From assembly GCA_949841325.1 (NCBI GenBank), contig CATKZK010000004.1, forward strand, positions 1-63,179: a stretch of DNA of 63,179 nt. Reading direction: 5' to 3'. Of the stretch, positions 39,872-49,536 are shown in pieces. Position numbers and translations under genes: made by a program. This stretch comes from an uncultured Bacilli bacterium (GTDB lineage Bacteria > Bacillota_I > Bacilli_A > RF39 > UBA660). Below the pieces are notes generated by a model, which saw only the letters and a program-made list of their open reading frames with translations, did no database searches and was not told the origin of the DNA. The first letter of the stretch is position 1, and every line of letters starts with the position of its first letter.

Positions 39872-40180
39872 ATGGCAACTACGAAAGAAGAAAGAGATTA
39901 TATTGAAGAGAAATTGCAGTGTTTGGGGGACTTTTTAGTTCGTCCTATGATGGGAGAATACTTACTTTATCACAATAATATCTTATTTGGGGGTATTTAT
40001 GATGGAAGAGTACTTATTAAAATAGTCGATGAGAATAAACTGTATGGATTACAAGAAGAAATCCCTTATAAGGGAGCAAAATCGATGTTTATGTTGGAAG
40101 ATTTAGAAGATGAGGAAAAAATAAAAGAGATTATTTATACGACTTGTCGTGCACTTCCTGTAAAAAAGAAGAAAAAATAA
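39872..40180 (+). CDS. TfoX N-terminal domain protein
   Basis: RPMMGEYLLY…FGGIYDGRVLIK. Confidence 0.8.
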   Translation: MATTKEERDYIEEKLQCLGDFLVRPMMGEYLLYHNNILFGGIYDGRVLIKIVDENKLYGLQEEIPYKGAKSMFMLEDLEDEEKIKEIIYTTCRALPVKKKKK

Positions 40181-40195
40181 TAGCAAGACTTTTAT

Positions 40196-40788
40196 ATCTT
40201 GCTATTATTTTTTGCCTCTGTAATTGCTTTTTGGAATGAAACATAAAAAGATTCTAATTCTTCTTTAACTAAAGGCAAAGAAATTGTATCATGTTTCTCG
40301 TTCAATTTAAATTCTAGCTGTTCTAGTTCTTTTGTATAATGATGAAATCTGCGCCCTAGCATAGAAGCGTAGTAGAATAAACCCTGTGGATGAACAAACT
40401 TATAACAATCTGCATTGGCAACTACTTCCGATTCAATACTAGAGTATTCTTTTGCGCCATGATGTTACTTAACGCATTTTATAATTATATCTTTTTCGTC
40501 TTCAGTTAAGGAATTTTCGTGTTTAAGAAATACTTTTGTTGCTTCAAGTGACATGTTAATATGTTCTTTTGGAGTTTTTAAATAACTTGCCTCAGGTAGT
40601 TTTGAGTCCATCATTGCCAATGCAATTCTCACTATATTTTCATCCGCTTTATATTCTTTGGCTAATCGAATGCCCGCATTTAAAGAGATTTTATATAAAA
40701 ATTCGATATCCGATTTGTATTTTTTTATTTCTTCTCGATTAAACGTATCTGCTTTTCTTACTAATTCTTCTATATTCATCTTTTTCAC
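40196..40788 (-). pseudogene. HD-like metal-binding protein interrupted by in-frame TAA (40465-40467)
   Basis: Frame continues …CVK*HHGAKEYSSIESEVVANADCYKF… for about 90 more codons. Confidence 0.65.
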
Positions 40789-40819
40789 ATTTTTCTATTT
40801 TATATTATAGTTTTTTGTA

Positions 40820-40926
40820 TAATAAAAGTGAGAGCCAGTTAATCGTGGCTCTCTTCAGGGGGTTTTGGTTGATACTCATATAATGACATTATATGAGGTA
40901 TCGAGCATAGCGTATTGCTATGCTAC
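40820..40926 (-). ncRNA. Candidate ~105-nt three-hairpin sRNA or leader
   Basis: TTGACA(40959-40954)-17-TATATT promoter; stems AGCATAGC/GCTATGCT, GATACCTCATATAATG/CATTATATGAGTATC, GAGAGCCA/TGGCTCTC plus U tract; C-rich linker. Confidence 0.55.
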
Positions 40927-41031
40927 ATTAAATATATACAAATTTTTAAAATTTGTCAATTAATTTAAATGAATTGAGGCCTTTTTATAAAATTTATTGC
41001 AATAAAAAAGGTTTGAAACAAAAAATAGACG

Positions 41032-41691
41032 TTAAGTTTCATCTATTCTTTTAAACATTCTTTTTCCTACCTTACAAGTTGGACATACCCAGCTGTCAGG
41101 CAATTTTTCAAAAGCGATAGGTTCCTTGCTATCATCATAAATATGTCCACAGATAATACATTGATAAACAGGTTTATCTGATTCTCTTTTTTCTTCAATA
41201 AATGTGGGAGCTTTTTTAGGGGAGGCTCCTTTTAATACTTCATGATAGTAGGCATAACTCATAGGAAATGACTTGCTCACCTTTTCTGCCTTTTTGATTA
41301 AACACAGGAATAAATCGTGTGTACCACAGTCTAAAACTTTATTTACTTCTGCTATCATATAACCACAAATGCCTTTTTTCAAAATAGGTAGATTTTCTTT
41401 TATTTCATATTCCCCTTCTTTAAACTTCTCCTCTTCTTTAGAAGACTGATAACCAAAAGTAGATATAACTTCTTTTGAGGCGTCTTCAGAAAGAATCATA
41501 AGAGCAAGTCTCTTTGTCTTTTTTATAACTTTATTTGTATAATTTTCTTTATTTAATGATATCGAAATAAGTGGATCATTCGATGTGATTTGTGTTGCTG
41601 TATTGATTATACATCCTACTCGTTTATTTTCATCACAACTACTTACAACATACATGCCGTAAGTCATGTCCTTAAATAATTCTGAATTCAT
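41032..41691 (-). CDS. Flavin reductase-like protein fused to a C-terminal rubredoxin
   Basis: TYGMYVVS, GTHDLF; CIICG…CPTC. Confidence 0.85.
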   Translation of the reverse strand: MNSELFKDMTYGMYVVSSCDENKRVGCIINTATQITSNDPLISISLNKENYTNKVIKKTKRLALMILSEDASKEVISTFGYQSSKEEEKFKEGEYEIKENLPILKKGICGYMIAEVNKVLDCGTHDLFLCLIKKAEKVSKSFPMSYAYYHEVLKGASPKKAPTFIEEKRESDKPVYQCIICGHIYDDSKEPIAFEKLPDSWVCPTCKVGKRMFKRIDET

Positions 41692-41928
41692 TTTATCACC
41701 TAACCCTATTATACTTTTGAAAAAAATTGAAATGCAAATCTTTTTTTAGTTATTGACAATGCTTTTGTAAAGCGGAAAAATGTTGAAAAGGCAATGTTTT
41801 TGAATGCTTGATGAAAGCAATCTAAAAAATAAAATCATCTTTTTTTCAAAAAAATTAAATAGTTGCACCTGCAACAATTTAGACTGATTAAAAATGATAT
41901 ACTTGTGCCAAGATGGAAGGTAGTTACG

Positions 41929-44091
41929 ATGAGAATAATTAAAAGAGATGGGGCTATTGTAGATTACAGCCCAGAGAAAATTGAAGCCGCAATTATGAAG
42001 GCAAACACTGAGATGATGGATGACGATGACCGTGCCTCAGCAACACAAATTAAAAATATTATCAAGTATATTGAAGGTCTTAAGAAAAGACGCATGCTTG
42101 TAGAAGATATACAAGATATTATTGAAAAAAAATTAATGTCTATTGGAAAGTATCAACTTGCCAAAGCATACATTACTTATCGCTATACGAGAGAGTTAGT
42201 TCGTAAAAGCAACACCACTGATTTAGCAATTAAAGAGTTAATCGATGGTGAAAGCGAATATTGGAATACTGAAAATTCTAATAAAAATGCGAAAGTAGTT
42301 ACTACGCAAAGAGATTATTTGGCAGGAATTACAAGTACTGATATTACGAGGCGGTTTTTGCTTCCTAAAGATATTGTTGAAGCGCATGATGCTGGTATTA
42401 TTCATTTTCATGATGCTGATTATTTTGCCCAAAACGCATTACACAATTGTGATTTGATTGATTTAGAAGATATGCTTCAAAATGGAACTAATATCAATGG
42501 TGTTATGATTGAAAAACCACATCGTTTTTTAACAGCAATGACGATTGCTACGCAGTTAATTACAGCTGTTAACTCAAGTCAATATGGTGGATGTACAATT
42601 ACGCTTTCCCATTTGGCACCTTTTGTAAGGGAAAGTTATAATCGTTATTTAGATAAATATAAGAAACGCAAATTTAAACGTGAAGATTGTGAAAAATATG
42701 CTAAAGAGGATTTGGCAAAAGAAATTAAGGATGGAGTACAGACATTTCAATATCAAATTAACTCAATGACAACAACAAATGGTCAAGCGCCTTTCTTGAG
42801 TGTATGTCTTTATTTAGGAGAAACAACGGAGTATAAAGAAGAGCTTGCAATGATTATTGAAGAAGTTTTAAAACAGAGAATTGAAGGAATGAAAAATGAA
42901 AAGGGATTCTATGTAACTCCAGCATTTCCTAAACTTCTTTATGTATTAGAAGAGGATAATATTCATGAAAAGAGCAAATATTGGTATTTAACTAAACTAG
43001 CAGCAGAATGTACTGCAAAGAGAATGGTACCAGATTATATTTCTGAAAAAGTAATGAAGCAACTTAAAGTGGATAAAAATGGCAATGGAAATTGTTATCC
43101 ATGTATGGGGTGTCGTTCTTTCTTAACTCCTTATGTAGATAAAAATGGTAAACCTAAATATTATGGTAGATTTAACCAGGGTGTTGTTACGATTAACTTG
43201 GTTGATTTAGCTTTATCTAGTGATAGAGATTTAGATACCTTTTGGAAAATCTTTGATGAGCGTCTTGAGCTATGTCATCGTGCTTTGCAATTGCGTCATG
43301 AAAGACTTTCTCATGCGACAAGTGATGTTGCGCCTATTTTATGGCAACATGGAGCTCTAGCAAGACTTAAGAAGGGAGAATCTATCCATGAGTTATTACA
43401 TGGAGGATATTCGACTATTTCACTTGGATATGCTGGATTGTATGAATGCGTGAAGTACATGACAGGACATTCACATACGGATGAAGGCAAGGGAAGGGAT
43501 TTTGGACTTGCGGTTATGCAACATTTAAATGATGCTTGTAATAAGTGGAAAGAAGCAGAGAACATGGACTACAGTGTCTATGGAACACCTATTGAATCGA
43601 CGACTTATAAATTTGCTAAATGTTTACGTGATCGTTTTGGAAAAATCAAGGGAATTACAGACCGCGATTATATTACAAATTCGTATCATGTTCCTGTATT
43701 TGAAGAAATTGATGCCTTTACAAAATTAAAAATTGAAAGTGACTTTCAAAAGTTAAGTCCAGGTGGGGCGATTTCGTATATTGAGACTCCAAATTTAACG
43801 AACAATTTACCAGCAGTTATTGAAGTCATTAAGTTTATCTATGATAACATCATGTATGCTGAGTTAAATACAAAGTCTGATTATTGTCATGAATGTGGCT
43901 ATACAGGAGAGATTTTAATTGATGATAATCTTGAATGGTATTGTCCAAATTGTGGAAATAGAAGCCATGACAAACTCAATGTTGCTCGACGTACTTGTGG
44001 CTATATTGGTACGAACTTCTGGAATAAAGGTAGAACACAAGAGATAAAAGAGCGCGTTATTCATATTGATAATAAGGACGCGGAAGAATAA
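41929..44091 (+). CDS. nrdD: Anaerobic ribonucleoside-triphosphate reductase with ATP cone
   Basis: IIKRDG ATP cone, HDAGIIHFHD, CMGCRS, RFNQG, CHECG/CPNCG, RRTCGYIG glycyl-radical motif. Confidence 0.95.
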   Translation: MRIIKRDGAIVDYSPEKIEAAIMKANTEMMDDDDRASATQIKNIIKYIEGLKKRRMLVEDIQDIIEKKLMSIGKYQLAKAYITYRYTRELVRKSNTTDLAIKELIDGESEYWNTENSNKNAKVVTTQRDYLAGITSTDITRRFLLPKDIVEAHDAGIIHFHDADYFAQNALHNCDLIDLEDMLQNGTNINGVMIEKPHRFLTAMTIATQLITAVNSSQYGGCTITLSHLAPFVRESYNRYLDKYKKRKFKREDCEKYAKEDLAKEIKDGVQTFQYQINSMTTTNGQAPFLSVCLYLGETTEYKEELAMIIEEVLKQRIEGMKNEKGFYVTPAFPKLLYVLEEDNIHEKSKYWYLTKLAAECTAKRMVPDYISEKVMKQLKVDKNGNGNCYPCMGCRSFLTPYVDKNGKPKYYGRFNQGVVTINLVDLALSSDRDLDTFWKIFDERLELCHRALQLRHERLSHATSDVAPILWQHGALARLKKGESIHELLHGGYSTISLGYAGLYECVKYMTGHSHTDEGKGRDFGLAVMQHLNDACNKWKEAENMDYSVYGTPIESTTYKFAKCLRDRFGKIKGITDRDYITNSYHVPVFEEIDAFTKLKIESDFQKLSPGGAISYIETPNLTNNLPAVIEVIKFIYDNIMYAELNTKSDYCHECGYTGEILIDDNLEWYCPNCGNRSHDKLNVARRTCGYIGTNFWNKGRTQEIKERVIHIDNKDAEE

Positions 44092-44092
44092 G

Positions 44093-44587
44093 ATGCACTA
44101 CAATAAAATAAGAAAGATGGATATTTCTAATGGTCCAGGGGTTCGGGTATCCATCTTTATGCAAGGTTGTGTCTTTAACTGTAAAAATTGTTTTAATCCA
44201 GAAACGCATGATTTTAATGAAGGAAAAGAACTTGATGATGAGGCTATCGAAAAAGTGTTAACTTTATGTGAAAATACTTATGTAAAAGGACTTTCTATTT
44301 TGGGAGGGGAACCATTGCATCCTAAAAATATCGAAGGGACGACAATCCTTGCCAAACGCTTTAAAGAGAGATTTCCAAATAAAACCATCTGGTTATGGTC
44401 AGGATTTATCTACGATCGTGACTTAGTTGGCAAAGAAATATTTCAATATATTGATGTATTAGTGGATGGTCAATATCAAGATGAACTAAGGGATCCTACC
44501 CTTAAATGGTGTGGGTCGCGAAATCAACGAGTGATTGACATAAAGAGGACTTTAACCAAAGGAGAAATCGTTTTGTTTAAAGATTAG
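44093..44587 (+). CDS. nrdG: Anaerobic RNR activating radical-SAM enzyme
   Basis: NGPGVRVSIFMQGCVFNCKNCFN, GGEP, GSRNQR. Confidence 0.95.
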   Translation: MHYNKIRKMDISNGPGVRVSIFMQGCVFNCKNCFNPETHDFNEGKELDDEAIEKVLTLCENTYVKGLSILGGEPLHPKNIEGTTILAKRFKERFPNKTIWLWSGFIYDRDLVGKEIFQYIDVLVDGQYQDELRDPTLKWCGSRNQRVIDIKRTLTKGEIVLFKD

Positions 44588-44597
44588 GAGGAAAACG

Positions 44598-45344
44598 ATG
44601 GAACAAAATATTTATGATAATGCGCATTTTTTTAAAGAATATCAAGCGATGAGAAAGGGAACGTTAAGTGCGAATGATTTAATAGAAATTCCTGAAATTC
44701 GCTTGATGATGCCCGACTTAAGTGGGAAAAGAGTATTAGAGTTAGGCTGTGGAGCAGGAGGCAATGCTTCTTTCTTTATAGAAAAGGGCGCAAGCTTCTA
44801 TTTGGGAACAGACATCTCTGTAAATATGATAAATGAAGCTAAGAACTCGTTTGAAAACGAAAAAGTATCTTTTCAAGTGTTGAAAATGGAAGACTTATCA
44901 ACATTACAAGAACAATTTGATGTCATTATAAGTTCCCTTGCTATTCATTATGTAGCGGACTTTGATAAATTATGTAAAGATGTTTATCGTTTGTTACCTA
45001 AAGAAGGATATTTTATCTTTTCCCAGGAACATCCTATCGGGACTGGAACTATTTTAAATGAAGAATGTCAAAAGGAAGATAAGACAAAAATTGGAGATAA
45101 AGAGTATTATTTAGTATCAAACTATAATGAGAATGGAAAAAGAATTGTTGATTGGAATGATTGTAAAGTTGTGAAATATCATCGTAATTTCAGTTATCTA
45201 ATCAATACTATTTTACTTAATCAATTTAAAATAGTTGAATTTAGGGAACCAACTCCCTCAGAAGAATTATTAAAGATCAAGCCTAAATTAAAAAACCAAT
45301 TTGATAAACCTTACTTTTTATTTGTTAGTTTAAAAAAGGAATGA
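44598..45344 (+). CDS. Class I SAM-dependent methyltransferase
   Basis: VLELGCGAG; FDVIISSLAIHY. Confidence 0.88.
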   Translation: MEQNIYDNAHFFKEYQAMRKGTLSANDLIEIPEIRLMMPDLSGKRVLELGCGAGGNASFFIEKGASFYLGTDISVNMINEAKNSFENEKVSFQVLKMEDLSTLQEQFDVIISSLAIHYVADFDKLCKDVYRLLPKEGYFIFSQEHPIGTGTILNEECQKEDKTKIGDKEYYLVSNYNENGKRIVDWNDCKVVKYHRNFSYLINTILLNQFKIVEFREPTPSEELLKIKPKLKNQFDKPYFLFVSLKKE

Positions 45345-45386
45345 AGTCATTCTTTTTTTTGACTAGTAAGATATAGTATAATAAAA

Positions 45387-46283
45387 ATGGAAAAGAGGAA
45401 TAATATAGAAAACCCAAAAGTATATTTTACAAAAATTCTTGAGCCAAAGAGTTTAATAGATGTGTATAATGCCTTAGACCTTCCTTTAAACGGGAAGGTA
45501 GCTGTTAAGTTACATTCTGGATAAGAGGGAAATCAAAACTACTTAAAACCAGAATTTGTAAAACCATTAATTGATTATGTTCATGGTACAGTTGTCGAAT
45601 GCAATACAGCGTATGAAGGCGCTAGAGATGCGACTGAAAAACACGAAAAATTAATGGAAGATCATGGATGGAAAAAATATTTTAATGTTGATATTTTAGA
45701 TAGTGAGGGACCTGATAAAGTACTTGAAATACCGAATGGAAAAGTAATTAAGAAAAATTATGTAGGAAAAAATATTGATGATTATGATTCTGTTTTAGTC
45801 CTCTCTCATTTTAAAGGACATCCAATGGGCGGCTATGGAGGAGCTTTAAAGCAATTATCTATTGGCTTTGCTTCTAGTCATGGGAAAAGTTATATTCATT
45901 GTGTAGGAAATGAAAATGGAACTTTTGAGGAAATGTTTCAAGTGGATCAAATAAAGTTTTTAGAAGCGATGGCCGATGCTGCTTCTTCTGTTCATAAAGC
46001 ATTTCAAAATCGTATTGTGTATGTTAATGTTATGTGTAATCTTTCAGTGGATTGTGACTGTTGTCATGTTGCAGAAGATCCATGTATGAAAGATATTGGA
46101 ATTCTTGCAAGTTTAGATCCGATTGCATTAGATCAAGCTTGTTTAGACTTAGTTTATCAATCAGATGATGAAGGAAAAAATCATCTCATTGAACGTATTG
46201 AATCGAGACATGGAAATCATGTTGTTGAAGCTGCTCTAGCGCTTAATTTTGGAACAAATGAATACGAACTTATAGAAATTTAA
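45387..46283 (+). pseudogene. DUF362-family Fe-S protein with in-frame TAA at 45522-45524
   Basis: KVAVKLHSG*EGNQNYLKP, VECNTAY, SHFKGH..GYGGALKQ, VDCDC; the RBS-spaced start codon appears as ATA at 45405. Confidence 0.75.
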
Positions 46284-46329
46284 TATAGAAAAAAGATGAC
46301 TATCAATTCATAATATTGGTAGTTTTTTT

Positions 46330-46345
46330 CTTACAAAACTGTAAG
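46330..46345. promoter_or_regulatory. Bce-type response-regulator operator (CTTACA-AAAC-TGTAAG)
   Basis: Matches the TNACA-N4-TGTAA consensus described for BceR-like regulons; upstream of the response regulator. Confidence 0.6.
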
Positions 46346-46392
46346 GTTAAAAAGGAAAAAAAGGTGGTATAATAAAGGGAGTAGGTGATACG

Positions 46393-47055
46393 ATGAAAAA
46401 GATTATGATTATTGAAGATGATGTAGGAATTAGACGTGAGCTTCAAGATTTATTGCTTCATGCAGGTTATCAAGTGGAATCTGTTGATGATTTTGAGCAT
46501 GCCCTAGAAGTTCTTTTGAAGAGTCAAGCAGATTTACTTTTAATGGATATTAATATTCCTTATTTAAATGGCGAACTACTTTTAAAAGAGTTTCGTAAAA
46601 AATCAGATACACCTGTTATCATGCTTACTAGTCGTACAAGTGAACTTGATGAAGTTTTATCTATGACTTATGGTGCAGATGACTATATTATAAAACCTTA
46701 TAACCCTACAATTCTTCTTTTAAGAATACAAAATATTTTTAAACGAGCTGAAGGTAATCATTATCAGTCTTTTTATAAAGATGTAGAAGTTTTGCCTAGT
46801 AAGGGTATTTTAAAAAGAGGAAATGAAGAGCTTGAATTAACAAAGAATGAAATGATCATTTTTCAATATTTATTAAATCACTTAGGAACGATTGTCACAA
46901 GAGATGAATTAATGGCGGATTTGTGGAATAACGAAGAGTATATCAATGACAATGCTTTAACTGTAAATATTAGTAGACTTAGAAATAAGCTCGCCTCTTT
47001 TGGTTATGAAGAAATTATTGAAACAAGGAAAGGACAAGGATATATTTTGCTATGA
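46393..47055 (+). CDS. OmpR-family response regulator (BceR/GraR-like)
   Basis: IEDD, LLMDINIP, GADDYIIKP, TVNISRLR, GQGY. Confidence 0.9.
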   Translation: MKKIMIIEDDVGIRRELQDLLLHAGYQVESVDDFEHALEVLLKSQADLLLMDINIPYLNGELLLKEFRKKSDTPVIMLTSRTSELDEVLSMTYGADDYIIKPYNPTILLLRIQNIFKRAEGNHYQSFYKDVEVLPSKGILKRGNEELELTKNEMIIFQYLLNHLGTIVTRDELMADLWNNEEYINDNALTVNISRLRNKLASFGYEEIIETRKGQGYILL

Positions 47056-48065
47056 GTTTTTTAAGATATATAAAAGATAGATTGATTTCTATCGTTGTAT
47101 TTTTTCTTTATTATTTTTTCTTTCTCATGATTTTGTTCGTATTTAAAGTGCCTAGAACTCTAGTTATTGTTTTTACTCTTTTTTGCCTATTTCTCTTTTC
47201 TTTTTCTTTTCTTTATGATTTTTTCCGAAAGAAAAAATTCTATGATGAGTTATGTCAAAATGTTGCCCTTTTAGATAAGAAATATTTAGTCGTTGAAACT
47301 TTATCTACTCCAAACTTTTATGAGGGCGAGTTATTTGTTCAAAACTTGTATGATATTAACAAATCGATGATTGAGAGAGTGAATAAAAAGGAAAGAAGTA
47401 TAGAAGATTTTAAAGACTATATTGAAATGTGGATTCATGAAGCTAAGATACCTATTTCAAGTTTAACTTTAATGTGCCATAATCATCAAGAAATTGATAA
47501 AAAAGTTTTAGAGCAGATTAAACGTCTTGATAATTATGTTGAACAAGTTCTCTATTATGTAAGAAGTGAACATGCAGAGAAAGACTATTTAATAAAAGAA
47601 GTGTCGCTTAAAAAGATGTTAAATACTGTTGCATTGAAAAATCGTGAAGATTTATTAGAAAATAAAATTGATTTGCTTATTGAAATAGATGATGTGAAGA
47701 TTAGAACAGATGAAAAATGGCTTGAGTTTATCGTAAATCAGATAATAAATAATGCTATAAAATATAAAAATAAGGAAAATGCCTATATTAAAATCAATAC
47801 AAACTTAAAAGGGGAGCAGGTTTTTTTAATCATAGAAGATAATGGAATGGGAATATCATCATCCGATTTACCTAAAGTTTTTGAAAAATCATTTACTGGT
47901 AAAAATGGTAGAATTATGACTAAGTCAACGGGAATGGGATTATATATTGCATCTTCTTTGTGTAAGAAATTAGGACATAAAATACAAATAGATTCTAAAG
48001 AGGGCATCTATACGAAAGTTACGCTTACTTTTTCTTTACACTCTTTTTATGATGTAGTGAAATAG
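47052..48065 (+). CDS. Intramembrane-sensing histidine kinase (BceS/GraS-like)
   Basis: Two adjacent TM helices; WIHEAKIP, QIINNAIKY, DNGMG, STGMGLY. Confidence 0.88.
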   Translation: MSFLRYIKDRLISIVVFFLYYFFFLMILFVFKVPRTLVIVFTLFCLFLFSFSFLYDFFRKKKFYDELCQNVALLDKKYLVVETLSTPNFYEGELFVQNLYDINKSMIERVNKKERSIEDFKDYIEMWIHEAKIPISSLTLMCHNHQEIDKKVLEQIKRLDNYVEQVLYYVRSEHAEKDYLIKEVSLKKMLNTVALKNREDLLENKIDLLIEIDDVKIRTDEKWLEFIVNQIINNAIKYKNKENAYIKINTNLKGEQVFLIIEDNGMGISSSDLPKVFEKSFTGKNGRIMTKSTGMGLYIASSLCKKLGHKIQIDSKEGIYTKVTLTFSLHSFYDVVK

Positions 48066-48150
48066 CTCGTCAGAATAAGTGTGGAGTTTACTCAAAAAAT
48101 GATTGTAAAACTAGGATAATCATGCTATCATAAATGGAAATGCAAAGGAG

Positions 48151-49428
48151 ATGTTATTTATGTCAGATTTTAATTTATTAATGGAAGCAGTGAAAAAAGA
48201 GAATAAAGAAACACTAATTCAAGAATTAAAAAATACAGGAAATGTCTTAGCTGATGAACAGAAACTATTAAGAAGTGAAAGAAAGTCAATGAATGATATT
48301 CTAAGAGATATTGAAAAGCTTAAGGGAAGAATCCCATTTGATGAATATGTAAAACTTATGTCAGAATATGAGAATATAGAGAATGGTTTACAACAAAGAG
48401 AAAAACATTATATTGATTTATATTTGAAGAAGAGAGAAGAAGAGGATGCAAGACCTTTGAACCAATTTTCTTTAGATGAAAGAAAAGCTTTACATAAATA
48501 TGTTTTGGCGACTTATAAAGCAATTGACAGAGTTTCTGGAATTTCATATGAAGTTATCGCTGATAGAAGACCAAAAGAGTATTTAAGTAATAAGGTAAGA
48601 ACGGCTCATTCTGATGGCAGAAGACCTATAATTTATGTTCCATCGCATATCGGAAAGAACGATATTCAGGCGATAAGTGAAGCGATAGGTGGCAATTATT
48701 ATTTATTATCTGGTGATTTTGAGCATATTCAAGGAGGGATTAATGCACCTTTTCTTGCAGTACTTGGTCGTTACTATTTTAATGAATGGATTAAAGAACA
48801 ACGTCAAAGTATTCCACAAAAGACGATTGACCATTTGAAAAGTGGTGGGGATTTGATGTGGTTTTTTGAGGGAACATGGAATATGTCTGAAAATGGTATT
48901 TTACTACCAGCATATTGGTCTATTGTTTCCGTTGCTCAGGAAGCTAATGCTATTATAATACCTATTGGTGTTGATCAATATGACTATAGAGTGTTTAATC
49001 TTGTGCCTATCAAGACTGGAAATCATTTTAAAATCAATATTGGACAACCTTTTGATATGAATTTGTATGGTAAAAGTAATGAAGAAAAAACGGCTGCAGT
49101 AAATGCTTTAACCGATGCGCTTGCAACTCTTAAATATGAAATTTGGTGTACTGAGCCTATGAAAAAGAGAAAAAAATTAGATATGTCTTCATGGGATAAG
49201 TTTAAAGAAAAAAGATATAAAGAGTGGCCTTATTTTTCAGATGAATATATAGCAGATTTAACGTTTAAACCAAAACAAGTTTTAGAGGATGGAAGCAAAA
49301 TTCCTATTTCTAAACCATATGATGTTTTTGAGCCTTTGAAAAATCTTGATTTTATTGGAAAAGTTCCAACTGTGGCGGGAATGAAACGAAGATTAGATGA
49401 GAAACAAAAAGTTTTACAAATGAAATAA
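48151..49428 (+). CDS. PlsC-like glycerolipid acyltransferase with an N-terminal coiled coil
   Basis: SHIGKND (HxxxxD), FFEGT, IIPIG. Confidence 0.65.
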   Translation: MLFMSDFNLLMEAVKKENKETLIQELKNTGNVLADEQKLLRSERKSMNDILRDIEKLKGRIPFDEYVKLMSEYENIENGLQQREKHYIDLYLKKREEEDARPLNQFSLDERKALHKYVLATYKAIDRVSGISYEVIADRRPKEYLSNKVRTAHSDGRRPIIYVPSHIGKNDIQAISEAIGGNYYLLSGDFEHIQGGINAPFLAVLGRYYFNEWIKEQRQSIPQKTIDHLKSGGDLMWFFEGTWNMSENGILLPAYWSIVSVAQEANAIIIPIGVDQYDYRVFNLVPIKTGNHFKINIGQPFDMNLYGKSNEEKTAAVNALTDALATLKYEIWCTEPMKKRKKLDMSSWDKFKEKRYKEWPYFSDEYIADLTFKPKQVLEDGSKIPISKPYDVFEPLKNLDFIGKVPTVAGMKRRLDEKQKVLQMK

Positions 49429-49536
49429 CAGAGCTGAAAGAGTTCTGTTTTTTATTTAAAGGATTATAAACACTTGAAAATATATCTAAAATAATGTAGA
49501 GTAAATATAGGAATGATATGAAAGAAGAGAGTTCTT

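Noticed and set aside
41863-41880. GTTGCA-CC-TGCAAC palindrome upstream of nrdD as an NrdR box
   Set aside because: It does not match the NrdR consensus, and a single 6-bp inverted repeat is too weak to call an operator.
14506-45524. TAA reassignment or programmed readthrough to explain the in-frame stops
   Set aside because: TAA terminates many intact genes in the window, and each case is one substitution from CAA or GAA.
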